Assembly: GCF_006345805.1 (NCBI RefSeq)
Contig: NC_043011.1
Coordinates: forward strand, 38,142,464 to 38,206,463
Source of the DNA: Octopus sinensis
Lineage: Eukaryota
Length of the DNA stretch: 64,000 nt
Reading direction: 5' to 3'
Under the pieces are notes generated by a model that worked only from the letters and a program-made list of their open reading frames with translations, was not told the origin of the DNA and ran no database searches. Below are positions 11,633 to 25,699 of this stretch, one piece after another. Position 1 is the first letter of the stretch. The number at the start of each line of letters is the position of its first letter. The position numbers were made by a program, and so were the translations under genes.

Positions 11633-14600
11633 CTGTATGTATATGTGAATGTGTATTTGAAAATATGTATGTATCGATATATGTATGTATGTGTGTAAGT
11701 ATATGTACGTTCACACGTACTTATATTCACTACGTATAATTCCATCAATTTCCACTTGCAATATATTGTTAATCATTGTAAAATATTAGGCGACTGTATT
11801 TCAGCCACTTTGCTTTGAAATCGAAACCATTTTTACGTGGTAGCAAATAGATTGTTTTTTAAGCTCACGACTATTCAATAATATTTACTATAATTACGTT
11901 CTGCAATGGGATGCGCTCCTCCAAATATCGAGATTACTGTGTCTCTATGAATCAAGCATCAAGTGTTATTAAATGCGTTCATTCTGACCTTTGACATATC
12001 GGTCAGTTGTAGCCCCATCTTAAACTCGTTGAGGAAGTAATTGTTTGACTTCTCTCTGTTGTATATTTGGTGGAATCTATTGAGCCGAAGCATGTGCTTA
12101 AACACAGTTTATTCAATAACCAGTGGTGGCGGTGGAGATTTTTGAATGAAAATTTCCTATATTGGTTATGACCCGATCTGTTTAAGTGTATTTTAACATG
12201 ATATACTGATCTCCATGACATGAGCAATGATGTTGAAATTATATGTGATATAGATGTGAGAGGAGGGTGAGAGGAGAGCAAGGTGAATAGAACGTTCCCA
12301 ATTTCTTTTCTTCTTCTCCTTCCTTTCAACACCCACACAGCTAAGCAGTAGTTTTGATATTATAACATATCTATTGATTTCGTTCCTTAGAATACGATGA
12401 ATACTGCAAGTACATCATATATATAGAGTCAGTTATATATAAACTGGAATTCTTTTATTAGGTGAACAGATGAATAGATTCAAGATATTTTATCGTACCA
12501 TCAATCTGATAGGAAAACCTACGCATTAAAAAAGGAAGCGCACATACACATTCACACAACTACTCTTGGCCAAAATTCTAAGCTACTAAAAGTATTGCTG
12601 CTCCTCTAAACTTGTTATATTCTTCTCATTCACGCTTGAATTTTCATATGATACAGTTGCTCTTATATTCTCATCAACGTTACACTAGCACGCCTCTATT
12701 ATTTCCTCTTCGCCAACTTAGTATCACGTTTTATAAGCGTAACAGCTAGCCTAATCATTTTCTTCCGCTGAAGTATATACTTCAGGATATTCCTTAATAT
12801 CCAAGTATTCTCATTGTATTTGTTTTCCTAATTATAAATCAGCAAGAATTCATATAAAACAGGAAACAACACTATCTCCCAACTACCCCCAGTCATTCCT
12901 ACACTATCAGACATCCTAATCATGAAGACTACAAGAATTCACCAATATGACTAAAAAATACATTCCCTTTCTTTTAAATTTATATAAAGAATAAGATCCA
13001 AATACCGTTAAAGAATTTCCACACGTTCGTTAGTAGAAGCTCATATGCATTAACTTTTAACTTTATTTTCTTTTGCTTTTTATTTGTTTCGGACATTAGA
13101 GTGCGGCCATACTGGGGTACCACTAGAGGAATTTTAGTGCATATCTTCGTTAAGCCTGTCATTTATCTTATCGACCTACTATTTACCCATCGGTCTTTCT
13201 TGTCGAACCGCTAGGGTCCGGGAAGGTAAAGACACCAACAATTGATATTTTTTCAACCCTCATCAGATGCCCTTCTTAAACGAACCCAATATCTTTTATC
13301 AACTGAAATGACATTTTAACCACTACACCGTTTTTCCGAAGAGCAGAAGTGATGTTATTTTAAGACACTTTATAACTAGACTTCGGAATTTCTGTCTATG
13401 CACTTTTGGGTGTGAGCTCTGCCCCAAAAGTATTCTTACTATAATGCTTCATATAGTCTGAGGAAATAGAAGAGTACCTGAAACGCTCCGACTTGTGCAA
13501 TTACGCAGTCATAGGATTCCAGCCGTTGTCAATCTGGCATTTTGTTTCTCTCCGAAGTGTGCCCTGGATGATATAATCCAATGTGCATATACTTTTATTA
13601 AAATCGTATAATCTGAATTAGAACCCGTTCGTTGTTTGCTGAGTGGAATCTTCCTTAGAATATAAATGTGTGTGTGTGTGTGTGTCTTAGAAAATAAAAA
13701 GAAATGACTTGAGAACTTTGTCATGGACATCAAAAAAGCAAAATATTTGACATTTTTATCAAAATGCGCAATCGGTTTCAAACATTTTTAATACGATATA
13801 GTCATGCTGTCAAAGAAGTTGAAACAGATTGAAGAGAAAACCGATTAAATAAATTTTTTATGCCATCATTTCTGACAGTTCACAAGGTTTTTCTTACAAA
13901 ATTCATCTAGTATTGTTACTTGGTTTCTTTGTTGTTTACGTTAACTTTCTCGGCACGAACGTCTACGTGGGTATTCGACATGCAACAAATAGTAGCCATA
14001 TTTCGCTCAAATCGCACACCATACCGTCTCAGCATGATAATCTATGATAATCCGCCTCCGAAAACATTATATTTTAACAACAAAAAGCAAATAACTAATG
14101 CCTGGAATATAACTGATTATAGACCTACTCGGTTAGACTCAAACTTGATTATACTCAGATAGGTTACAGCAACGATTTTGGGGTTCTCAATTGTGTATTT
14201 CGGTTAAATACATGCAGAAATTTACATTTTATAATGTTTACTCAAAGAAATATCTTTAGGAGTAAAATAAAGTTCAAATTCAAACATATTTACTGCTGAA
14301 TTGCTGAGGAAAGTGTCAATGTGCTCCGCACATGCAGTAATGGTTATTTTTTTCTTGTTTATTTCATAATCCGAATTTCGTTTTCGTTTTTATATTTCTT
14401 TAGCAATTGCCGCTATGTTATTTTATTTAATTTTGATTTTCGTTGAGGCGGGGATATAAAAATATATTTCATTTCTTCTTCCTCGCAAAAAAGGAAAAAA
14501 AGAACAAGTATAAAAGCTATTTATTTTCGAAATTCAAAATATTTTGAATTAATGCTCTTTGAAAGTTTTTAATTCTTTCTATTAGTTTTTTTTCTGTATT

Positions 14601-15749
14601 TTTTCAAAGAGTTGCTCTTTGAAATTTACACAGATTTCAAAAAAATTATTTTATTTATTTACTTATTTCTTTTTATTTGCTCCATATCATTTTTATACTA
14701 AGATGAATAGTTGCGGAATTAAAGTAATAATTTATTTTAATGCCAAAAAGAAATGCAGGGAAATAAAATATATGAATAAATAAAGTGATCAATTATACTT
14801 TAGCCAAAGGTAAAACATACCTCTCTAAAAGATGTGACTTTTAAAATGATTTGATACAGGGAGTTTTCTTTCAGCTTTTTATTTGATTTTTTTAAAGTAC
14901 TTTTTTACAGGAAGTAAATAGTAACATAGTATTTTTATATACTGGAAGGAAAATATTTAAAATGGAAAATAAACGCTGTAAAGTCTAGAAAAGGTTTAGT
15001 GCTACTGTTTGAATATGAGAGAGCAAGAATACATCATGATACTTCTCAAAGAAATCACTTGAAAATTATACAGCCTTGATTGTAATATCACCCCAAAACA
15101 CGCGCCTGAGCACACACACATATACATACTTAAGCTTGGTGAACGTTGCTATAAAACAAAGGAATTTATAAATATGAAGGCATCTTATACTGTACTAGAT
15201 ACATATTTCTTTTGTTTTATAATTCAACTAAGTCATTTTGATTATGTATGAGTGTGTATTTCTTTAAGGAATTTGTCTATATTCTAGAACCCAAGATTTG
15301 ATGTCCATACATGCCAACAACTGTTAGACTCGTATCAAAATCATAACTTTCAAAACGCTATGATATCCCTGATAATACAATATGTGTAGGCCAGCAATAT
15401 AGTATTTGCAAAAATTAATATTTAATCTCAAGTCAAATAATCATCCATGGAAGGTAGTTTTGGCCGTAGCGTTTTTATTATTCATTCATTTATTTTCTTG
15501 TTATTTTGTCAATAAATATATTCAATTTTAATTTGAAATGCGGAAGTAAAGTAGCTTTTAGATTTGTTAAAAACCAATGTAATAAAATGCAAAATGGAAA
15601 AAAAAAATTTTAAATATGAAATAAAAGGAAAAATTTGTATGCGATTTAGTTCTAAAGGAATTCCATTGTGATAATTATTCCACTTCTGGCCTAATACTTA
15701 TTCATTTATCCACGGACTTAGAAAGGTTACGGCGTGCATACACTTGGAT

Positions 15750-16099
15750 GGATGGGGAAGCACTCCGTCGGTTACGACGACGAGGGTTCCGGTTGATCCG
15801 AATCAACGGAACAGCCTGTACGTGTACCCTTAACGTAGTTCTCGGGAATATTCAGCGTGACACAGAGAGTGACAAGGCCGGCACTTTGAAATACAGGTAC
15901 AACAGAAACAGGAAGTAAGAGTGAGAGAAAGTTGTGGTGAAAAAGTACAGCAGGGATCACCACCATCCCCTGCCGGAGCCTCGTGGAACTTTTAGGTGTT
16001 TTCGCTCAATAAACACTCACAACGCCCGGTATGGGAATCGAAACCGCGATCCTATGACCGCGAGTCCGCTGCCCTAACCACTGGGCCATTGCGCCTCCA
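15750..16099 (-). mobile_element. tRNA-derived SINE, family C, with RTE-like 3' hairpin tail and 13-bp TSD
   Basis: Head GGCGCAATGGCCCAGTGGTTAGG...GGTTTCGATTCCC (A/B boxes). TSD CATACACTTGGAT at 15737-15749 and 16100-16112. Confidence 0.92.
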
Positions 16100-18539
16100 C
16101 ATACACTTGGATACGTGTGTGTGTGTGTGTGCATACATACATACATACATTGATCGAAATGTAGAGTAAATGCACAACGTTACCTATTTTCATGCCCCGT
16201 TCTACCGTGTGGATTAGGATTCTTAGCTGCGCTGTACATCTTTTTCGTAGACTGCTATCAATATTCTGCACTTACAAATAATACCTTGAGTTCTAGAATA
16301 TTGCCTTAAATTTCATTAATATAGTTTCTCTGTCACTCATACTTTATTTATGTAATGTAATTATTTGTTGTTAGTATTTATTTAATTTTGCAATGGCATT
16401 CTAATATTCATAAAATGTCATTTTAATGTCATATTATGCCTTTCTAGTATTCATAAAAGTGTTCTTGAATGAGAAGACGTACCTAGAAAGGGTAACTTGT
16501 TTCATGTAGCTGAAAATGGGAAATTTGCTGTATGGAATCGTTTTCTTCTTCTGAGTCGTAATTGAGAATATCTATGATCAGAACCTTCCATCTATGAATA
16601 TTCGTAATCTCTTGCAGCATCACTCTGTTCGACTTGGTAAAAACAGAAACGACGTTTCTTTCAAATCACATTCTAGTGCCAAAGAAATGTTTGGACACAT
16701 TATTGAATGTAAGCGTAGATCCTGAACACTTTCTGTTTATATACCGTGCCTGTATATGTTTGTGAGCCACTGTGACTGCATGAGAGTGTGTTTGTGTGTA
16801 TGTAGCTAATGCAAAAATGTATTTGTTCAATCCATTTCCTTCCAGTTACTTCTGAGTCTTGTGTAATCCTCAAGTGCTTTAGGTTTTTTTTTTTACATCG
16901 GTCAGCTCTACCAATTTATGCCACCTAAATCCAAACAATTTATCTGGAATATCAAAGAGAAAAAAACATGACAAAGAGAGATTTAAGACTTGTACCTATT
17001 GATAGTTTACTGCCTTATCAATTCAGAAGTATATGTGATTTATATATCTAAATCTGGGGAAAAAAAAACGAAGACAACTAAGATAGGGAAACTGTCGCCG
17101 GAGTGAAAACTTTATGGCTTTCGTATATTTTAAAGGAAGGTATTGCGACACTAGTTTCACAACTATTTTTTGCTTGTTTCGATTGTATGTTTACTGGAAA
17201 AACGTAGACACGGAGGGAATTTTCAGAAATTTTATGCTACAAAGATCTGAGCGTAGTTATAAACAAGCTGCTTCATCGCTGAAGAGAAGAGAGGAAGAGA
17301 AGTTATTCTCCTAATAACAATCAAAGATCCTACTGTAAGTAGCATTAAAAACCCCCCAAAATTAATTACACCTTACTATATTTAAAAGCCTGAGAAATAC
17401 ACGAATAATCCTAGATTATTAAAGAAAAAGACAAGATGAAACACCTTTCATCGTAAATCAGTTCGATCAGGGTTGACGTAAAGCTAAGCAGCAACGATAA
17501 CAATAACATCAATAACAATGCTGCTGCCTTTGTGATCTGTTAAGTTTGGGAAATGATACGCATCTCCTTTATACCATAAATAATGCCAATATATTCAACG
17601 ATATTTGATTAATAACACCTGTACAATAGGTTGGTCTTTGGTAAATTAAGAACCGGTTTCCGACCCACAATCGAGTTTGTTTCACATTTGATGTATAGAG
17701 ATCAATATATATATTTGATACGTGTAGATCAAGGGTTAGTTTTGAACATATGATTGTTTGTCGCCATTCTATAAATTTGTCAATTGAAATATGACACAAG
17801 GTTACATAATCAAACAGATGCAATTTTGACTGAGTACCAAAGAATCACTCGTTCCTGAACATTCTACGAAGTTTGATACACTAATAAGGTTCCACATCTC
17901 ATCCCTCACTCTCTTTTTCCTCTCTCTCACTATCGTTCTCTCTTAGTATTTCTCTCTCTCTCTCCCCTCTCTCTCTCTCTCTGAAATCACACCCGACCTA
18001 CATAATAAATGAAGTTGTAGAAAGAAGACTGATTGGACACCTTTGATCGCAGATCAGCTCCATCAGGATTGTTCTCATACTAAACAACGACTTCAATTAC
18101 TACGACACGGTGGCTGGTCTTGTGATCGACTGAGTTGGGGAATACACACACACACACATATATATATATTTCTTTCTTACGAAATATATAGAAGAGCTTA
18201 AGAAGGACTCGGGTCGAATCCGTAACAAAGGACAAGAATTAAAATAAATGCTCAAATTAGGCAATCAACTATTTTTTTAATATACTCATACATAGTCATA
18301 ATCTCAAGTTTAAATACATAGATATAAATATTAATACATATCTATCGAGATACAAAATATATATGAATATTTTTTAATATATAAATATATACAAATATAT
18401 ATTTTAAAATTATATGAAAATAGAACATGCGTGGGATGTATATGGAAAAAGGTGAGGAAAAGAGTGGTAGTATTAAAAAAAAATTACTAGTTCTCTTTTC
18501 CTCCCTTTCACCATATAAATCCCACGTATTTTCTATTTA

Positions 18540-18541
18540 CA

Positions 18542-18615
<74 letters not shown>

Positions 18616-18616
18616 C

Positions 18617-18648
<32 letters not shown>

Positions 18649-18664
18649 ATATCTATCTATCTAT
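18540..18664. repeat. (TCTA)n microsatellite
   Basis: Near-perfect tetranucleotide run. Confidence 0.95.
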
Positions 18665-18683
18665 CAATATATATATATATATA

Positions 18684-19000
18684 GAATTGAAAAATAGGAT
18701 AAAATCTTTATAAGAATTTATCAAGTAGTTAGCGTGAAAAACCTCATAAGGGAAAAATCTATCAATTTTACCTCGTAAATATATTTAATTATATTAAAGG
18801 CATTACTATGCATAAACGATTCACGTTACGAGGGACTCTTACAGTCAACACTACCATATTAAATAAACACCTTTTACCGAAATCGAGGGAATGCAACTCT
18901 CAAAGCAAGCATTTTAAAAATAGAATTCAGTGGTATATCATATGATTTCATAATTACTGCACAAAATGCACTTTTTAATCTTCAGTGCAAGGTTAATTCA
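18684..19000 (-). mobile_element. Diverged relative of the 8411-9331 unit, with a hammerhead-like core at 18931-18990
   Basis: AAAAATAGGATAAAATCT...GTAGTTAGCGTGAAAAACCTCATAAG matches ~8805-8870. Minus strand: CTGAAGA...GAAA-TCATATGA-TA. Confidence 0.65.
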
Positions 19001-19810
19001 TGATACATAAAGATATATGTATAATATAAGTATATACATACATATATATATATATATTGTTGTTTTGTTGTAGCATTAAAGTTGTTGTGATAGCTATTGT
19101 TTTAAGACATATTTTTAAAAAAATACTGGGACCGGAAAAGATAATAGCATTGGTTATAATATGTGTGTATGTACATAATACATATAAATATATGTGCGTG
19201 CGTGTGTATATACATACATACATACATTCATATATATATATATATATATGCGTGTGTGTAGGTAGGTTAATATATAAATGTATACACACACATACACATA
19301 ATGTGTATGTATGTACGTATGTATGTAATGTATATGTATGTATACATGTGTGTGTATACATGTATGTATATATTTATGTGTGTATATCTTTGTGTTTGGG
19401 TTTGTCTATCAAGATAGCTTGACAGCCGCTGTTCACGTCCCCGTAACTTTGTGGTGCGGCAAAAAGAGCCCCATAGAATGAGTAACAGACTTTAAAACAG
19501 GTACTGGGATCGGTTTATTCAATTAAACTATTCAAGGCGGTGCTCCAGGATCAACACAGTACAATGACTAAAACATATATGTATATATATATGTGTACGT
19601 ATGTATATGTGTATACATACACGCACACACACACGCGCACACGCACTCACACGCACACAAACACACACACACACATATATATATACATACATACACATAT
19701 ACGAGACCAAAAGAATAAACAGTGCTAAACTTTATAAAAGCAAATACTTACGGAAATAAAAAAATGAGAAAAATATAAGGATAAATAAAATATATATAAA
19801 TTTGCTATAC

Positions 19811-20205
19811 GGCTGCGTGGTAAGTAGCTTGCTAACCAACCACATGGTTCCGGGTTCAGTCCCACTGCGTGGCATCTTGGGCAAGTTTCTTCTGCTATAA
19901 CCTCGGGCAGACCAAAGCCTTGTGAGTGGATTTGGTAGACGGAAATTGAAAGAAGCCTATCGTATATATGTATATATATATATGTATGTGTGTGTATGTT
20001 TGTGTGTCTGTGTTTGTCCCTCTAGCATTGCTTGACAATCAATGCTGGTGTGCTTTCGTCCCCGTCACTTAGCGGTTCGGCAAAACCGACCGATAGAATA
20101 AGTACTGGGCTTACAAAGAATAAGTCACGGGATGGATTTGCTCGACTAAAGGCGTTGCTCCAGCATGGCCGCAGTCAAATGACTGAAACAAGTAAAAGAG
20201 TAAAA
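19811..20205 (+). mobile_element. SINE family B
   Basis: Full head-to-tail match to the other family B copies. Confidence 0.88.
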
Positions 20206-21254
20206 TAGTATACATACATACACATATACATGCATACACACATATATCTACATAGATACATATATTCATACATATATACATACATACATACATACATGCA
20301 TGCATATATGCATACAGACATACATATATATACATGCATGCGTGAATGCATACATACGCACACACACAGACATACATGCATATATACATACATACTTACA
20401 TGCATACATACACGATATTTCAATAGATATGGCGGAGAGATGACAGAATTGGTAGCACGCTGGATAAAATGCTTAGCGGCATTTCATCCGTCTTTACGTT
20501 CTGAGTTCAAATTTCGCCGAGGTCGAATTTGTCTTTCATGCTTTCGGGGTCGATAAAATAAGTACGCGTCAAACAGTGGTGTCGATATAATCGACTGGAC
20601 CGCCTTCTCTAAAATTGCAGGCATTGTGTCTATAATCGAAAGAACTATTATATATAACGGCTTAAGGCAGCGAGATGGGTGAAGCGTTAGCACGCCGGGG
20701 AAAATGTTTGGCGTTATTTCGTCCGTCGTTTCGCTCTGAGTTCAAATTCAATCGAGGTTGACTGTCATCCTTTGAGGGTTAATAAAACAAATACTAGTCG
20801 AGTATTTCAGGGGACAGAAAGGGTTGTTGTACATAACAGCACAAGACGGTGAGCTGGCAGAGTCGTTAGCATGCGGAACAAATGTTTGGCAACATTTCTT
20901 TCATCTGTACGTTCTGATCGTACGTGGTCGATGAAATAAATAGCAGTCAAATCCTACTTTGTTTCGATTCACAGTCACTGATCGGGTTGTGGGATTGGGA
21001 TGCCTTGTGAAACACAGCGTATCTTGGATATTTTAAACATGGCGGATCTCATCCCCTAAAAAAATGTCGATTGCCTAATTTGAGCATTTATTTTAATTCA
21101 TATATACATATAAATATATATACATGTCGCTATCACATATGTCTATATCTCTCTGTTAATATAAATACATACATATATACATATATATTTGTTTTCTGTC
21201 TCTAATAAATTTTCTCTCCTTGCTTATTTCTGTGTTCCACAGAAATTTTTTGAG

Positions 21255-21597
21255 GACGGGCCCAGTCGATTAGTTCTGATACTTAATCTATCGATCCCGA
21301 AAGGATGAAAGGCCAAATCGACCCCAGCAGAATTTGAATTCAAAACATAAAGACAGACGAAAAACCTGTTTCTTTACTACCCACAATGGGCTAAACACAG
21401 AAGGACAAGCTAGGACAGACAAACGGATTAAGTCGAGTACGTCGACTCCAGTACGTAACTGGTTCTTATTTAATCGACCCCGAAAGGTTGAAAGGCAAAG
21501 TCGACCTCGGCGGAATTTGAACTCGGAACGTAACGGCAGACGAAATACCGCTAAGCATTTCGCCCGACGTGCTAACGTTTCTGCTAGCTGGCTGCGT
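21255..21597 (-). mobile_element. SINE family A dimer
   Basis: Two central domains. Junction AAAGAAACAG|GTTTTTCGTCTG at ~21365. More degraded family A copies at 20430-20950. Confidence 0.8.
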
Positions 21598-22186
21598 TAA
21601 CTTGAAAGAATATTTTCAAATGTAAACCGATTTAGCCACAGACACATACAGACGTTTACCTATGCATGTGCATGCATGCGCCATCACACACACACACACA
21701 AATACACAAGAATGCATACATGCGTATAAGGTACTCACATGATCACTCGGTTTCACTCTCATTCTCTTCTCGGCTGCCGTATTCTCGCGTGTCTATAATA
21801 GGCACATGTTATCGTGCACAAACATATGGATAAGTAGGAAATCCATCATAATATATAATCTAACTTAACTTGTCATTTTTGCTGTTATCGTTATTCGGCT
21901 ACAAGTCAGCTCTTATTCTCCAGAAAAATCTATAATCAAAGGTATTGCAAGTACCACCATTCAACAAAGATGCTTCGCTTGTGCGATGTGTGAGTGTGTC
22001 TGTTTTCGTGTTATTAAATCCCCCTCGAGATATTTGGCGTGTAAATCATTGCGCAGCTTTGTCTAGTTTTTTTCATACAATGTACTTGGCACGCTGCGAA
22101 AATATATTTCCACTTTACGCGACTTAATCGTGTGTGAATGTGCATGAGCCTATACATACATACATACATACATACTACATACATAC

Positions 22187-22250
<64 letters not shown>

Positions 22251-22657
22251 GTATACAAAGCCACTCACAAACACACATCTATATAATATTATATATATAT
22301 ATAATATATATATATTATATATTAAGAACAATCTTACTTAGAAATGGATGCGTGCGTTCCGTCTTATAATAAATTAATAATAAATAAAACATATGCATAT
22401 ATACATACATATGTGTACGTACCTACCTCTACATGTATATATACATGCATATATGGGTACAGGACACCAAAAAAAAAACGTCGAACACAATGAGAAACGA
22501 AAACATAAACACAAAACCAAGGAAATAGACATTTTTCTTAAACAACGACAAAATAGATTACAGGACATACAAAACTAGGAAAATTCCCCTTCTTCAGTCG
22601 CCTTTGCTTCATCTACTCCACGTTCGAAGGTCAGATGAAACAAAGGCGACAAAGGCA

Positions 22658-22689
<32 letters not shown>

Positions 22690-23088
22690 AATGATGATGA
22701 TGATGATAATGATGATGATGATGATGATGATGATGGTGGTGTGGGGGTGGTGGGGGTGGGGGTGATGATGATGAAGATCATGATCATGATCATGATCATG
22801 ATATCCAAGGTGTCTTGACACCAGTTTCAGGCCGTGTACCACCAATACTTTTCACTACTTTAAGGCTTAACTACACCCCGATATCTGCTTCATTTCTTGC
22901 CATTCTCTCCTCCAGATTCCTGACTTTCTCAATTCACTATTCTTTGTCATTTTCCTTAGATTTTGTATGCAAACATACAGATAAAACCATCCCATTTCAT
23001 CTCAATAATATTCACTCATGAATCTCCCTTCCTTCCTCTCCCACTACCACGCTGTTTACATCCGCCTCTTCTTATCTCTCTCTCTCTT

Positions 23089-23134
<46 letters not shown>

Positions 23135-23414
23135 TCTCATCTCCACTCTCGATTGCCCTACCGTCAACTTACATATTCATCCTCCAAACTTAGCCGGCGA
23201 TTTACTACTCGGATCATATATATATAGAAATGTTGCCAGCAAATGTTTCATATTTAGAAATGTTTTGATTAAGGAAGCTCTTTCGGAATGGATAAATTTC
23301 CTATAACATATTAGGTGCACCTGAAATGTACGTATTAAACAGTTTCAAAATATCGCTATTTGGTTGTACTTTATTTTTACAACCGACATTTAATATATAT
23401 ATATAGTCATATAC

Positions 23415-23448
<34 letters not shown>

Positions 23449-23474
23449 GCATATACATACATATATGTGTGTGC

Positions 23475-23518
<44 letters not shown>

Positions 23519-23520
<2 letters not shown>

Positions 23521-23806
23521 GCGCAATGGCTCAATGGTTAGGGCAGCGGACTCGCAGTCGTAGGATCGCGGTTTCGATTCCCAGACCGAGAGTTGTGAGT
23601 TTATTGAGCGAAAACACCTAAAAGCGCCTCAACTCTCCTGTAGGTGTGGGGGCGATACCTGCTGTTCTCTTTCACCACAACTTTCTCTCAGTCTTTCTTC
23701 TGTGGAGTGGCGTTATTTGAAGGCTAAATGAAGGCGAAGCGCATTGTGACCAGCGATGTGTAGCAGTATCTGATAGCCTGGCTTGTCACGGTGATCACGG
23801 TGATAT
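23519..23806 (+). mobile_element. tRNA-derived SINE (family C head, alternative CATTGTGACCAGCGATGTG tail)
   Basis: A/B boxes present. The tail ends in CACGGTGAT repeats followed by (TA)n. Confidence 0.85.
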
Positions 23807-23816
23807 ATATATATAG

Positions 23817-23885
<69 letters not shown>

Positions 23886-23888
<3 letters not shown>

Positions 23889-24167
23889 CGCAATGGCCTA
23901 GTGGTTAGGGCAGCGGACTCGCGGTCGCAGGATCGCGGTTTCGATTCCCAGACCGGGCGTTGTGAGTGTTTATTGAGTGAAAACACCTAAAGCTCCACGA
24001 GGCTCCGGCAGGGGGTGGTGATCCATGATGTACTCTTACCCCACTCTTTCTTCTGTTGGCCTGCTCGCTTAGCCAGCGGGGTGGCGTCATTCGAAGGCTA
24101 AAACAATGCGAACGCATTGTGACCAGCGATGTGTAACAACAACTGATGGTCTGGTCGGTCACGTGAT

Positions 24168-24174
<7 letters not shown>
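23886..24174 (+). mobile_element. tRNA-derived SINE (family C head, alternative tail), second adjacent copy
   Basis: GGCGCAATGGCCTAGTGGTTAGG...GGTTTCGATTCCC; tail CACGTGATCACGTGAT. Confidence 0.88.
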
Positions 24175-24214
<40 letters not shown>

Positions 24215-24217
<3 letters not shown>

Positions 24218-24428
24218 TTTTCTATCTTTTATTCTCTTATTTGTTTGTGTCATTTCACTGTGGCCGTGCTGTAGCACAGCCTTTAGTCTAACAAACCCAC
24301 CCCAGGACTTATTCTTTGTAAGCTATTACTTATTCTATCGGTCTCTTTTGCTGAAATGCTAAGTTATGGGGACGTGAACACAACAACATAGGTTGTCAAG
24401 CGATGGTGGGTGAACAAATACGAACGCA

Positions 24429-24471
<43 letters not shown>

Positions 24472-24650
24472 ATATATATATATATATATAATGGTCTTTC
24501 AGTTTCCGTCTACCAAAATCGACTCACAAGGCTTTGGTCTGCCCGAGGCTATAGCAGATGACATATGCCCAAGGTGCCTCGCAGTGGGACTGAACGCAAA
24601 ACCGTGTGGTTGTTAAGGAAGCTACGTACCACACACCCACTTCTGCGCCT
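24215..24650 (-). mobile_element. SINE family B
   Basis: Collinear match to the family B consensus seen in the window. Confidence 0.85.
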
Positions 24651-24692
24651 ATATACTTATACGCACACACACACACATTTATATGTATGTTC

Positions 24693-24724
<32 letters not shown>

Positions 24725-24729
24725 TATAT

Positions 24730-24763
<34 letters not shown>

Positions 24764-25512
24764 GGTGTGTGTGTGTGTGTCTGCATATGTATGTGTATGG
24801 TGTATGTATACATGTATTTATGCATATATGTATGTGTGTGTATGTGTGTATATATATGTATATGTAAAAGCCAGTGCTTCCCATTGCTTTTAAGACTTCA
24901 GACACAATATATGAGTAAGAATCAGCAAATAAACACACATTTATAGCAGGTCGAAAGGTTGTATAGTTGATCGATCTTTGCCTTGACCGATATATGGGAT
25001 GGATGATATTCAGTCCCAATTTGGTTATGTTGAAGCAACTCTATGATGAAAGGCATTTCAACGAGAATGGAAGCGTTTTTTCCAAGTTACAGTAGTCTCA
25101 GAGCCATGCTATCTCATGCATCCATGTTTTGATGGCAATGGTTACCGAATAATATAACGACATTTTGCTGCTATTTACAGTATATCAAACAACATCAAAG
25201 ATACCTTCAATGGCTTAGTAACACTCGTTACAATATTTGTTTTTATTGGATGTGATTTTATTCTGATACACGTCTGTATGTCTTGTATGTCACGTATTCA
25301 AAATTCTCGGTCGCAATACATTAATGAACAGTAAACCGGCATAAGGCGCATTAACCTATATTCTTTAAAAGCCTTTTAATACCAACCCGCTGAGACCGCT
25401 CCTTCGAACGTGTTCATATCTAAATTATAACATCTCAATCGAAATCTCGTAATAAATATGGTCGCCATATTTCAGTTATTCAACAAAATTTATATTCATA
25501 TTTTACAAACAG

Positions 25513-25699
25513 CTTGCACAGCTGGGAATCTGTGCGGAAATATAATGCCTCTAGGCTTGCCTCACAGCTATAGAAATGAGAGAAATGAGAGGCATTATAG
25601 AAATATTTCTAACCTACCAAATATCAAAGAACAAAAACTGGGATTTACCGCTATCGGCAATATAGTAACCCGTGCAGTAAAAATGTACACCCTTTCCAG
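25513..25699 (+). CDS. Candidate internal exon (CTAGNLCGNIMPLGLPHSYRNERNERHYRNISNLPNIKEQKLGFTAIGNIVTRAVKMYTLSR)
   Basis: Acceptor ttttacaaacAG and consensus donor CCAG|GTAAGT. Single open frame, phase 1 to 2. Confidence 0.33.

Noticed and set aside
11990-12340. Minus-strand peptide KHMLRLNRFHQI, vaguely piggyBac-like
   Set aside because: One short motif, interrupted by stops; no TTAA or TIR evidence.
16618-16708. AG...GTAAGC-bounded plus-strand exon candidate
   Set aside because: Two frames are open, no homology, and no convincing partner exon.
23519-23590. tRNA-like sequences at SINE heads (also 16030-16099, 23886, 43071, 44612)
   Set aside because: No complete cloverleaf or acceptor stem; they continue into SINE bodies, so they are not tRNA genes.
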